A stretch of DNA of 63,785 nucleotides, filler included, from Basidiobolus ranarum (taxonomy: Eukaryota), in the NCBI GenBank assembly GCA_040143965.1. It is 11 parts of 11 records of this genome, joined end to end, with 100 filler letters (N's around TTAATTAATTAA, not from the genome) between each part and the next. Parts side by side here need not be neighbours in the genome. Positions count along the whole stretch, not along the records: positions 23,303 to 29,012 come from JASJQH010001519.1; positions 29,113 to 34,818 come from JASJQH010001520.1; positions 34,919 to 40,617 come from JASJQH010001521.1; 8 more parts are not named here. One strand, 5' to 3'. The notes below the pieces were generated by a model. The model ran no database searches. It was given only the letters and a program-made list of their open reading frames with translations, and had not been told where the DNA came from. This document shows, one piece after another, positions 25,637 through 38,094 of the stretch (its first letter is position 1; every line of letters starts with the position of its first letter). The position numbers and the translations under genes are program-made.

Positions 25637-27051
25637 ATGGCAGATCTATCCTCGCCTATTTACAGCGAAAAAGATGAGAAACCCACACTGGTTTCGTGTG
25701 GACGCTTGCCCGATGGACAATTGTCGCATCACCAACTGAGCAAAAAAGGGGATTCAAGTGCGGATATAGAGATCGTGCAAAATACAGAAGGAGCCACCTC
25801 TGCAAAGAAGGCTTTCTTACTGTTGATTAAGGCCTTCATAGGCACTGGGGTGCTCTTCCTGCCCAAAGCCTTCTCCAACGGCGGACTAGTCGTTGCGATA
25901 GCTGTCCTATTCGTAGTGGCTGTAATAACATCAGTGGCTATGCTACTTTTGGTCAAAGTACGGCTTCAAGTCCCTGGTGACTTTGGAGCGATCGGAGAAA
26001 AGATCTATGGAAGGCCGATGAAAATCGTTGTGATGATATCCATTACCATTTCACAAGTATGTAGCTCACACATTGATTGTTGGTAAAGCGCTCCACTTAC
26101 AGATTCTTTTAGATTGGCTTTTGCTGCGCTTATTTCATCTTTGTGGCACAAAACCTTAACGACCTGACGCGTTCCTTGTCCAACTGCAGAATGGATATTC
26201 CCGTTGTCTACTTCATTTTTCTTCAGCTGGTGGTATATATGCCATTCTCGCTGGTCAGAAAAATCAAAGCTTTTTCTCATGCGGCGCTATTGGCAGACGT
26301 TTTCATACTGTTTGGAATCGCTTATATCCTGTATAGAGATGTTGATAAGCTGGCAACCATTGGGGTGGGGAAGATCCAGTACTTCAATACTAAAGACTAT
26401 CCGCTTTTCATTGGCACTGCTCTTTTCAGCTACGAAGGAATTGGACTAGTGTTGCCTATTGTCAACTCTATGAAGGAGCCCAAGCGCTTCCCGGTGGTTC
26501 TTTCCAGCGTTATTGTCGCTGTTACCGTGATTTTTGTAACTGTTGGGGCCATGTCTTACTCTGCATTTGGTGACAAAACAGAAACCATTGTTTTGTTAAA
26601 TATGCCAGCTGGCCATCCAATGACAATAACCGTCCAGTTTCTGTATGTCGCCGCGATCCTGTTGACCTTGCCGCTGATGCTATTCCCGGCAATTGACATC
26701 TTCGAGGAGGGGATATTTGGTACTAAATCTGGCGGAACTTCCAATATGGTCAAATGGCAAAAGAACCTCTTCCGTATTCTTCTCTGTCTGGCTTTGGCAG
26801 TAGTGGCTTGGGGTGGTGCTTCGAATCTAGATAATTTCGTGTCTCTGATTGGTGGCTTTGGATGTATTCCACTCCTCTTTATTTATCCTGCCATGTTCCA
26901 TTATAAAGCCATTGCGACCAAACGCCTATACAAAGTGGGTAATCTGCTCTTGATAGGGTTTGGCTTCGTCGTTATGATATTTGTGACATACATCAGTATC
27001 AGAAGTTGGGCTGCGGCTGAGGTTACCAATAACTGTCTACCACGTTCGTAA
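25637..27051 (+). CDS. AAAP-family amino-acid transporter (Avt3/Avt4/SLC36-like), one intron (~26058-26112)
   Basis: LLIKAFIGTGVLFLPKAFSNGG, SQ|IGFCCAYFIFVAQN, FIGTALFSYEGIGLVLPI, LDNFVSLIG, PLLFIYP. Confidence 0.92.
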
Positions 27052-27696
27052 ATAACAAACCTACCATCCATATCTAAGATACCTGATGAAATGATTGTAC
27101 GTTAGGTTATCCCTTGGCACTTATATTGCACTTACTTGTTCTGTTTGTGGATTCGGATAGTGTTGTAGATCCGATGTTGGATAAGTTCTTATAGTTGATA
27201 GTGTTGGAATTTACTATCTAAATTTTCACCTGGTTTTTTGTATATCTATTGTTTACTCCTTGAACATTTCCAAAGTCAGTATTCTATTTTAAATATAACT
27301 CAAGAATGTAGAGCAACAATAAAATCTTCAAACTTATCCAAGTCTTTCTGCCCAACTTCCTTAATTCCCTAAAAGTATAACCATGCTATATTGTTTCTCC
27401 ATTCCTACTTGGTTACATTCACTTTGCACAATGAAATGAAGCAGTGAAAAAGTCAACTTTGCTACTTTAAAAACAAATATTTTTCCATATGAAAAAAAAT
27501 GCATATAAACTAAGGGTTAAGCTGCTTTTTAGTTGGGAAATAAGTACATAATGGCATGTACATACTACTGAAATCTCATCATTGGTATCCAGGGAATGTT
27601 TTTCTTATTTTGAAAGACATATATGTAACTTACCAGAGTGTATCAACGAGAGAAATTGAAATAGAGTCCCATAAGTCTAAGTATTGGTGGATAGCA

Positions 27697-28330
27697 TGTT
27701 AAAGTTGCTTAAGTATTCTGGGAGCTTGTTAGAGGTGGTTTGGAGAAAAAGAGATTTTGGTGGTTTTCATTAATTGATTTATTCAGTTGAAAGTTGGCAT
27801 CTATAATATTGTCATGATGTAAGCATACAAGCATGTAGAGTATGTTAAGCAATGTTCCAAGAACATGTGTGCAATGTTTGGGGCTTCCAGCACAAGTTTG
27901 AAAAATCTGTACATTTGAAACCTTTTAAGTGCTGACATTAGCATTGCCTAAACACCTATATAGTCATATAAATCTTGGAATTTAGTTATCTTATATTTCA
28001 CTAAGATATTACACATTATTTGTTAAAGTACTTGAGGGCCTATTGGAAGTGCTTTGGAGAATTAGAGAAATTGGTGGTTTTCACTTATTGATTTATTGAG
28101 TAGAAAGTTGACATTTCTGGTTTTGTCAAGATGTAAACAAACTGAAATTTAAAATGTGTTAAGCAAGGTTCTGCAAACATGTGTGCAAGGTTTGGGGCTT
28201 CTAGCACAAGTTTGAAAATTATATATTTGTGAACATCTATGCTGGTAAAAATATTTGAAGTAAATTCTGAATAAGAATAATGGGTAATATCTTAGTGAAA
28301 TATAGCACAACTCGGTACTAATATTGGAGG
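27697..28330 (-). mobile_element. Two diverged copies of LTR-like repeat family A
   Basis: Both copies begin TGTTAAAGT on the + strand (27697, 28021) and share ACATGTGTGCAA-GTTTGGGGCTTC-AGCACAAGTTTGAAAA; third copy at 3390-3629. Confidence 0.7.
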
Positions 28331-28334
28331 ATCT

Positions 28335-29012
28335 TGACATAATGGGGGTAGACTTTGTGTATTAGAAGCAACTTATGATAGTGTGTTTTAGTTACTTTAT
28401 TCTTAAGAGTATATGGTGACTTATATAGTAGAAAAGTAAATCAATTGTTTGAGATATTCAGGAGTTTGTGTAATAAGATATAATAGATAAGTGGGGGTAA
28501 TAAGACATACTTGTTATATAGATATAGAGATATTCCTATTTAGAATATAGGGGCTATAGATATGTTGCTTTCTGTTTCTGATATATGTATCATAACTAAA
28601 GTTAACTATGATGTTGAATAAAGATTAATTATCCAACACCTTCCCTTAATTCTTATTCAGCATTGTGCTTATATTCACTAATGCCTATTCCTGCTCTTAA
28701 CTTCTCAAAGCTTGAAGTTTTGAGTGGTTTTGTTAGTATATCTGCAAGCATGTTTTCAGTATTACAATAAATAAAGTTCACTTCTTTGTCTTGAACTTTC
28801 TCTCATATAAAATGATGTCTTATGTCAATATGTTTCATCCTTGAGTGATGCTCAGGATTTTTGGTGATCTGAATACAACTAATATTATCTTGATATATTG
28901 GGATAGGATTAACTTGATCATATCCTAGTTCCTTGAGAAGACTCCTTAGCCATATAGCTTCTTGAACAGCCATAGAGCTTGCCATATATTCTGCTTCTGT
29001 AGTTGATAATGC
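28335..29012 (-). mobile_element. Ty1/Copia 3' end: RNase H, polypurine tract, 3' LTR
   Basis: ALSTTEAEY, YQDN, RMKHIDIRHHFI*E, MLADILTKPL; PPT AAGGGAAGG then TGTTGG at 28638; LTR distal end (~28335) is tentative. Confidence 0.85.
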
Positions 29013-29112
29013 NNNNNNNNNNNNNNNNNNNNNNNNNNNNNNNNNNNNNNNNNNNNTTAATTAATTAANNNNNNNNNNNNNNNNNNNNNNNNNNNNNNNN
29101 NNNNNNNNNNNN

Positions 29113-30830
29113 TTCACATGGAGCATCATTTCACTGCAGGTGTGCTCCATTGGGAACTCCCAGAATGTATAGCAAGGGCCTAAAATCTCTAAGCATTGTG
29201 AAAGATGCAGCAGGGAATGTATTAAATACCAGCATAGATTTAATCTATCTTCTTTTAACCTGTAATAAAGTTTTTTGTATCCATTTACAAAATCTTTGCA
29301 CAATTGCTGTATCTGCCTGAGATCTGCCAATGTGAGTTGATGCCATAAAAATATATTGAACAATATCCACAAACAACTCCCAATGTTGCCAATAGTTATC
29401 AGGCAGAAATATTTTCAAGATCCCACTTGAATCTATACAAATCTAATACTTCCAGTCTTTGCATTTGAATAAATGCCTAGATGAGTGGATATTGATGGGA
29501 GTTCTGGAGAAATATGATGGTATCTTGATGTTTTCAAGCATTTTCCCAATCAATTTCAAACTCTGATCCTATCCTGAATACCTTATTTATATTGAATAAT
29601 CCACTATTTAGCAGAGTAAGCAGTATCAAAATGTTGTTGAATAGTAAGAGCATAGTGCCTAATGGGAAGCTCTGGCTTCAGCTGATTCCCTTTGGCAATA
29701 TAATCTTAGGCTTATGGCTGATACCAAGTTTGATGTTAGACTGATTATTTGGCAAATTGATATAAGTGATCATGTTGAAATCTGACCAGGCTCTTGATGG
29801 TAAAATCATGGAGTTTAGTGTTGTATTTAGATAGTAGTAATGTGTATGCCTGATAGAGTAAACTCCATTGATTTGACAAAATCTACAGCAAGATAGGGCA
29901 TTGTGCCCACAAAAACCTCCAAGCTTACTGATGGCAGGAGTGTCACCAGTATATACAATGATATTAACTTTGCTAAGATATTCACCTATCTGACCCCATC
30001 AGACAACCATTCAAATTCCACAATGGAAAGCTCCAAGAAGCTATCTATAAGCATTGGTGATTTAGGTCCAGATATGATGGATAGTATCAAAATATTATGA
30101 CATGTATACCATTCAGAAGGCAGCAGATTTAAGTTGATTAAATTTTTAGCCAGCAGGCCTTTCCAATGGTCTATTTGTTTAGTGACAAACCATCCAGAGC
30201 CAATGCAAATACATATTCATATGTGTTCTCAAAGAAGCCTTGACTTTTCAGATTCTGGTAGTGATATTCATCAAGTATATTTGTAATACCATCAGTGTTA
30301 TGGTGAGCACTTTGGTATTAGATCAATGATCTAAATTTGGGTGACTTCATCAAAACTTTAAGACAGGGAATCAACATTTCCAGAGTTGGATATACTGGCA
30401 AAAAAGCTTAATTTTGCCATGGAACTGGGTACACTAGTTGGAAGAGTGCTAAATTTGATGTTTATCCAGCACCTGGCACCTCTCAACAAGCCAAAACACC
30501 AACAAATAAAACTCATGGCTCTCCAACCTCTACAGGTACTTTTCAAAGTGTTGAAATTAACCCCAAACTTAAAGGTGGGCAAAAAGCCACACAACAAAGC
30601 ACCCTCAGAAATGTCACACTACGTGAATGTGCAAAAGAAGTTAAAGTGCTTGAAGAGTATCTTCAAAAGTATGAAGGGAAAAATGCAGTGCAAGTATGCA
30701 GAAAGTTGCTTCAGAAGAAGAAGATTCAACACAACATTTAGTCTGGTGTTGACTATGCAGATATCTTGAAAGAACCTAGTACAGAGTGGTGCAATATTGC
30801 AGGGTATCTGCCAAATAGCCGGAAGAATGT
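29113..30830 (-). mobile_element. CACTA/EnSpm (Tnp2-type) transposase remnant
   Basis: Broken frames with IISGPKSP-x-IDSFL, DTPAISKLGGFCGHNALSCCRFC, YWQHWELFV, HSLLHL-x6-GPCYTFWEFPME. Confidence 0.7.
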
Positions 30831-30897
30831 TGATTCAGCAACATTAATACAATGGTGGGCTTTGATGGAGATATTGATACAAACTTGTGTTGGGTAT

Positions 30898-31025
30898 TGA
30901 TAAAAGTGTTTAGGGGATTTGGAAGTGTTTTGGACAAGATTTGGATTTGTTAATTAGACACTAAAGTTTTAGCCAATTGAATATGTCCTATTTATAGTTT
31001 ACTATGAAATAGGAATATTGGGCAA
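30898..31025 (-). mobile_element. Copia LTR family B, 3' fragment
   Basis: Close match to 62783-62910 (GATTTGGAAGTGTTTTGGACAAGATTTGGATTTG...GTCCTATTTATAGTTTACTATGAAATAGG). Confidence 0.85.
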
Positions 31026-31027
31026 GC

Positions 31028-31440
31028 TTATTGCTTGGTAGGCATCTTTGAGAAGCTGGTTTTGGCAAAGTCCTCCAAGTCATAAATTGAGTAAGTATGG
31101 CAGGATTCTCCATAGTTTTCCAGTAACTGTCCTTTTGTAAGGCTCCAGTCTTGTGGTATGCAAGGGTTGTTTTCAAGTGCTAACATGATATCATCTTCAC
31201 AGTAAGATGGTAGTTCCTCAGCCATTCTGTCTTGAGCAACAATGTAAGCTTTTCAGAAAAGTTCCCATCTCCTGATGAATGCTTGAGCCTTGGTTGCATC
31301 AAAGAAGGGAGTTCCTGGGGATCCACATATTGGTAGTATTGGGGCTGACATGATGAATGAGTAGTGGAAGTAGTAGTAGTCTTTCTTGTTGTAAGCCTTC
31401 AGAGAGATTCAGTTAAGCCCCCCATGTTGGGTGCCAAATG
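31028..31440 (-). mobile_element. LTR retrotransposon 5' region: LTR end, tRNA-Lys-type primer binding site, degenerate gag start
   Basis: Minus strand reads ...CTACA-TT-TGGCACCCAACATGGGG (31436-31420), then ATG at 31351: MSAPILPICGSPGTPFFD...FIRRWELF*. Confidence 0.65.
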
Positions 31441-32051
31441 TAGTTGTTTTAGGGTGTGAGCAGCAACTTTAACTGCAATATCCTCAGGGTTTTGAGAGGT
31501 GTTCAAAGGGAGCAATAACCACAATTGAATAACTGTATATATAGGTCTGTCTCTTGCCTCTTGGGTCTTTGCAAAAGGGAATCAAGCCTCTAGAAATGTC
31601 TAAGGACCAATAAACCACAATGCAGTATCCAGTTTATTGTTGAATAATATGCTGGTCCTGTCAAAAGAATATACTGGCTTCAACGTCCTTTGAGAATGAT
31701 CAGATAAAAAGGGTATATCCAATCAAAAACAACTGTAAACTCAGCCAGCAGGGTCCTGAAAGACAATGCACTGGTAGTGATTTATCACAGGATATGAACA
31801 GTTCCTTGCCTATGCAGATGAAGCTAGGGAAAAAAACATAAAGTATCAGAAATATAACACCTACCTGTCAGCACTTCCTGTGAGCTGGTCTGGTCCTTTC
31901 CAGTCACACGGTAGCCTGTAACTGCCTCTAGTAGTCTCTCTTGAGCTTCCTCTTCAAAGGTCTTGTAAGTGGTGATGAATATAAGGGATGATCACAAGTA
32001 GTAATTGGTAGTTGAAGACCAGGGTGGTTTTTATTTATAAAGATATGGTTC

Positions 32052-32322
32052 CTATTTATACTTTTGTGATGGTAGAAATGATTACCAATGAGAATTTCCA
32101 GAAAGTTCTAGAGAATTCTATTGGTGGGGATCTGGGGTTATGCTATCACCATAAGTCATAAGATTAGTGATTCATGGAATGTTCTGGAAGGTTGTAGAGT
32201 AATTGAGGAAGTCATGGAATGTTCTGGTAAAATCAAGTTTTTATTGGTCAAAACTCAATCAATCACCAAATATTCCTAGAATCTTATGGAATGTACTTGA
32301 AGATTGTAGAATTTTTCAGAAA
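32052..32322 (-). promoter_or_regulatory. Cluster of heat-shock-element-like nGAAn arrays upstream of a minus-strand TATA box
   Basis: TTCcaGAAagTTCtaGAGaaTTC (32096), GAAtgTTCtgGAAggTTG (32177), GAAtgTTC (32217), GAAgaTTGtaGAAttTTTcaGAA (32299); TATAAATAG on minus strand at 32060-32052. Confidence 0.5.
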
Positions 32323-32504
32323 GTGATGGGCTAATGTGGGTTAATACTGGTAAATCTTAAATAATAGGGGATAATACTAATGGTGTGATATGATTGGCTA
32401 GAAAATATGGGTATTTCAAATATGGATAATAAATTAGAAGTTGTGCAATAGTAATAACATGAGCTTGGAGTGGAAATAAGTCAACCTACCAGTGGGTTGC
32501 AATG

Positions 32505-34608
32505 CTGCCCCACTAGACTGCCCCTGTGATTGCCCTATAGATTACAAGAAGGAAAATAACCAACATTTGGGCCTATCTATGGGCTGACCCAGCCAGAACT
32601 CAACATTCTGAAAGAGTATATTGCAGAAAAACTGATGAAAGGATTTATCCAACATTCAAAGTCTTCACCAGGGTCCCCAGTCATATTTGTTAAGAAAAAG
32701 GATGGATCCCTCCATCTCAATGTAGATTATCAAGGCTTAAATAGCATTACAGTCAAAAATCAGTACCCCTTACCATTAATCAACTCAATCTTGGATCAGC
32801 TTGCAGCAGCCAATGTATTTACAAAGATGGATTTAGGAGGTGCTTACAATCTTGCAAGAATGAAACCAGGAGGCAAATGGAAAACAGCCTTTCAAACTTC
32901 CCACAGACATGTTGATTTCAATGCCATGCCATTTCAACTTACCAATGCCCCTGCAGTCTTCCAACACATGATGAATGCTCTCTTCAGAGAGTCTCTTGAC
33001 CAGTTTGTGACAATTAACCATGACAATATCTTGGTCTTCTCAAACTCTCAAGAAGAGCATCATATTCAAGTTTCACAAATCCCAGAAAAGTTGAAAACCT
33101 TTGGTCTCTATGCTAAACTGGAGATATGTGAATTTGACCAAGCACAAGTTGAATGCCTTGAATAAAACATCAGCCCATCAGGCAAGTCCATGGACCCTAA
33201 GAAGGTTGAATAGGTTCTGTTTTTGGATAGTCCCAAGAATGTGAAGGATATCCAATCTTTCCTCAGATTTGCAAATAGTGTCCAATGGTTTTTCAAGAGC
33301 TACTCCAAAATATCTGCCCCATGAACAAACCTTACCAAGAGAGAATTCCCATTTGACTGGAACCCATCTTGCCTGCAAGCATTTGTACTTTAAAGAATGC
33401 TTTTACCTCACCACCAAACCTGGCACACCCCATGCTAGACAAGCCATTTATTGTTGAAACTGATGCAGCTGACTTTGCTCTAGGCACAGGACTATCAAGT
33501 TGTGGCAATGATGACTTACTGCACCCTGTTGCCTTTGACTCAAAAAAGTTCTCTGCAGCAGATATCAATTATAACATCTATGGCAAGAAACTGTTAGCAA
33601 TTATTGCTGCATTTGAACAATGGTGACAATACTAGGATGGAGCAAATCACACAATCACAGTCTATTGTGGTCATAAGAATCTTTAGTATTTTAGTACAAC
33701 CAAAGTTCTCAACTGCCATCAAGCTAGATGGTCACTATTTCTTGCAAGTTTTGATTTTATAATTACATATTGACCAGGTAGCCAGCAAGGAAATCCTATT
33801 GTCTTATCATATAGAGCAGGATATCAGCCTAAAGATGGGGATGAGGCCTTTGGCCAACAAAATACTTTCTTACTGAAGCCCCACCAATTACAGATTAATG
33901 CAACAACTCTTTGTGTGCCTAGTTCAAGTGCATTCCATGAAGACATCTGCAAACTTCAATTTGAACACCCATTGGTAATATCAATCAAGAAAGCCTAGGA
34001 TACTCCCAAAGGCCTCTCAAGCTTGAACATGTATTGCTATTTCTCCATCATCAATCATCTCTTATCAGTTAATAAGCTCCTTTATATTTGAGACCACACT
34101 TCCAGACTCAAAATCAGGCATGAAAGACATGACTCACCACTTGTGGGATACTTTGGTATTGCCAAATCATGTATGATGGCATCCAGGAAGTATTGGTGGC
34201 CAAAAAGGTTGGCATTTGCAAGACTTATGTTTCCACCGGTGATACTTGTGCTAAAGGCAAGAGTCCAAGACATCAGCCATATGGCCTCCTACAGCTACTT
34301 CCAATTCCTAATCAGCAGTGGAAGTCCCTATTCCTGGATTTCATAACTGATCCACCCTTGTCTGCCAATTATGATTCAATTCAGGTAATTGTTGACCATC
34401 TAACCAAGATGGCCCACTTTATGCCCTGCAGCAAGTCAATTGATGCAAAACAAACAGCAGTATTAGTAACTCAAAATATCTTCCATCTACATGAACTCCC
34501 AGAAACTATCATTTCTGACAGAGGACATCAGTTTGCCTTCAAATTCTGGAAAAGTCCTCTCCAAACCTTTGGTATCTCTGCCAATCTCTCCACTGCCTTC
34601 CATCACCA
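32505..34608 (+). mobile_element. Ty3/Gypsy (Tf2-like) pol remnant: RT, RNase H, integrase
   Basis: SPVIFVKKKDGSL, YPLPLI, FTKMDL, LTNAPAVFQ, HDNILVFS (decayed YLDD), VETDAADFALG, LDFITDPP, VIVDHLTKMAHF, IISDRG; many stops and frameshifts. Confidence 0.93.
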
Positions 34609-34818
34609 TGTTGAAGTTTATTGTCTTTATCATATATGTTATCCCTATCTTTATACACCTAACTATTTCATATATCACATATTAGTTAGTCAACATTATT
34701 TAGTCAAATATCACTTAGCTGAAAATCGGAACATATATTTTATATATATGTGAATTATGTGAGAATTAGCAATTACATATTGGAAATTTCAAACTTGTCC
34801 AAATTGCCCCAAAGATAG
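34609..34818 (+). mobile_element. Probable LTR start inserted into the Gypsy integrase
   Basis: Integrase similarity stops at STAFHH and AT-rich sequence begins with TGTTGAA. Confidence 0.45.
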
Positions 34819-34918
34819 NNNNNNNNNNNNNNNNNNNNNNNNNNNNNNNNNNNNNNNNNNNNTTAATTAATTAANNNNNNNNNNNNNNNNNNNNNNNNNN
34901 NNNNNNNNNNNNNNNNNN

Positions 34919-35690
34919 GGCACTACTCCTCAACCCCAACCCAGCATCACTCCTGGTCAACCCGGAAATGTTGTTCCTGGTCAAGTCATCGAGACCTGTA
35001 GCAAGGCCGGTACCTTTGCCGTCACCTTCGATGATGGACCTAGTCAATACACCGGCAAATTACTTGACGATTTGAAGGCCAGAAATGTCAAGGTGACATT
35101 CTTCGTTGTTGGTGAAAGTAAGTATTTTACAAACCATCACTATTTTGGTGCAACTATAGCTGTTCATACAACATCCTTTGCTGATCATTCATTCTCTTTT
35201 AGCCCTTCTTGAAGAACAAAACCGCAAGTTTCTCAAGCGTGCCTATGACGAAGGTCACCACATTGCTTCCCACACCTACACTCACATCAGTCTCGCCAAG
35301 ACTGCTGAAGCTAAGATCCGCTCAGAGATGCAAAAGACCTCTGACGCCATCTTCAACATCATCGGTAAACGTCCCCAATACATGCGTCCTCCTTATGGTG
35401 AGTACAATGCCAAGTCACTTGCTATCATGAAGGATATGGGCTACAAGGTCATCTACTGGAATGTTGATACTCTTGACTGGGAACACAAGAACCCAGCCAA
35501 GTCCCTCAAAGTGTACAAGGATGTTCTTTCCAAGGCCAACATCAAGAATGACCGTTTCATCTCTCTCCAACATGATATTCAACCCAGCACTATCCAAGCT
35601 GCCGCTGGTATTCTTGATACCGTAATCAAATCTGGATTCAAGATCACCACTGTTGCTGATTGCCTTGGTGACTCCGGCTTATACCATTAA
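34919..35690 (+). CDS. CDA: Chitin deacetylase (CE4/NodB), 5'-truncated, one visible intron
   Basis: TFDDGP, HIASHTYTH, MRPPYG, DTLDW, LQHD all intact. Confidence 0.92.
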
Positions 35691-36247
35691 GTAGTTCAGA
35701 TTATATTACAGTTAGTTAATAATGAAGTATTTATATAACTTTTTAATGGAGACCGTTTAAAATTACCAAGTGAAATTTATTATTGAAACCACTTTTTAAT
35801 CACTTGTATTCATGTTACAGTTTTGATATTAACATAGAAATAAATGATTTGGTATATTATAAATTGATATTTAAGCTGTTAGAACAATCTTACCGCTATT
35901 TTATTCGTTATCTCTTTGGATAATGTGTAACAAAGTTCTTGACCATTGATTCGTAAATTCTGTGCCACTTTGAAGTTGAGGAAAAGTGTAACTGACATAA
36001 CCTGAATGTTTTCATTCCAACTATACAGTTCTATGTTGTGCGATAGCCACTAAATATGATAGGACAGAATCATTTACGTATGACTTAGGGATTAGGGTGA
36101 ATCATTAACTTTTTTATTACCATAACTGCTAATCTATTTAATAAAAATATCCAGTTGGTAAATGCCATTTATTAAATTAACTAATAATATAAATATTAGC
36201 AGGTTTGGATTATTTCCAATTACATGGTCTTTAGAACATCTGATCTT

Positions 36248-37520
36248 TTAGAAGTACAATCCAGTATCTCCCAAGCAGTCTGGTACTGTGGTAATCTTGA
36301 ATCCAGCCTTGATGACCGAAGTCAAGATTTGTGAAGCAACATCAATGGTACTGGATTGAATATCATGTTGAAGAGAAATAAAGCGATCATTCTTAGCATT
36401 GGCCTTGGCAAGAACATCTTTGTAGACATTGAGAGTCTTCTTGGAGTTCTTATGCTGCCAGTCAAGAGTATCAACATCCCAGTAGATAACTTTGTAGCCC
36501 ATATCCTTCATGATAGCAAGAGACTGGCTGTTGTATTCACCATAGGGGGGACGCATGTATTGAGGACGTTTGCCAATGACCTTGAAAATAGCATCAGAAG
36601 TCTTTTGCATCTCGGAACGAATAACAGCATCAGAAGATTTAGAAAGACTGATATGGGTATAGGTGTGGGAAGCGATGTGATGGCCTTCATCATAGGCACG
36701 CTTGAGATACTTACGGTTTTGTTCTTCGAGAAGGGCTAAAAGACAGAAGGAAAATGTTGAGAAAATGAATCAAATTCGACCTGATACATAAAGAAATTTC
36801 TCACTTTCACCGACTACGAAGAATGTCACTTTAACCTTCTTGGCTTTCAAAGCGTCAAGAAGTTTTCCAGTGTATTCTCTTGGTCCATCATCAAAAGTGA
36901 CAGCGAATGTACCGGCTTTAGCGCAAGTGCTGATAACTTGCCCAGGTGCAATATTACCAATGGGCTGAGGGACTGGGGTGGTACCTTTGCAGAATTCTTC
37001 AGTGTTTCCACACCAGCCATATTCGGAGCAGCAGTAACCAACTGGGCACTTAAGGAAAACATTATTTTTAAGACCACATGAAAAATCGGTTGAATCCACA
37101 GTTTTAACAGGACCATTGGGACTAGTGATTGAGGGAACTGAGGGGGAGGGACTAGATGAAACACTAGTAGTAGCAGCAGGCTTAGTAGCGCTGGTTTGAG
37201 TAGGTTTAGGAGTAGCAACAGGAGTAGTAATAACCGGCTTAGCAGTATTCTTCTTGCATTGGAACTGACAGTTGGCCACACAGTGATCAGTTGTAGTTCC
37301 GCACCTATTGAAATTTAGTTAATGACGGGAATCTATCAAGATACAACTTTTTCAGAGAGAATATGTACCAGCCAAATGAGGAACAGCATTGCCCCTTAGG
37401 ACAGGTAACCTTTTCTCCTTTAATCACACCACATTGGTTATCTTTAGAGATGCGAGCTTGAGAAGCGGTAACCTGAAGGAAGATCGCCAGCGAAATGAGG
37501 ACAGCTTTCGAGAAATACAT
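36248..37520 (-). CDS. CDA: Secreted chitin deacetylase: signal peptide, 2x CBM18 (hevein-like), S/T/P linker, CE4; two introns
   Basis: MYFSKAVLISLAIFL; CCSSFGW|CG and CCSEYGWCG; TFDDGP, HTYTH, RPPYG, DTLDW, LQHD. Confidence 0.93.
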
Positions 37521-38094
37521 GATTAGTTGAAGTGATAACTCATTATCCAATTGGTTAGCTTTTATAGAGTCAAGTCGAACCAGGATTTGATGCAGACGTT
37601 CCACAAATTGAGAAAGCAATGTCGTACTTTTAATAAAGTTAAGCATAGATCGGTTGAACTAATCTAATTTCGTTTAGACTATAGATTCAGTGTAACCAAG
37701 TCGGTAAATCTATCCAATCAACGGTCCTGAAACCCTAGTAGTCCACTTGTGTCTATTGAGCATGCAGTAATGTATTGTTTGACAAGCGAGTTTCCTGTAA
37801 AAACGTAGTTTTCTGGGTTTGTTTACCCAAGAAAATACAGCATTTGTAACGGAGGAAGATAGAACAATTCTTAAGAACCATCTCTTTACCCAAGCTTGTC
37901 AATAAGTTAGGCAGTTTACGATGCTTATTTATTGTACAACAAAACAGTATACAATCATATCCGGTATGTAACTATTACAGCAATGATCGATACTGTCAAA
38001 GCAGATTTTATGGATCAATATTAAAGCAAATGACAGGACTAGCCAAGTATTATACAGTGTACATACTATTATTTAATTAGTTCATGCGAATGAA

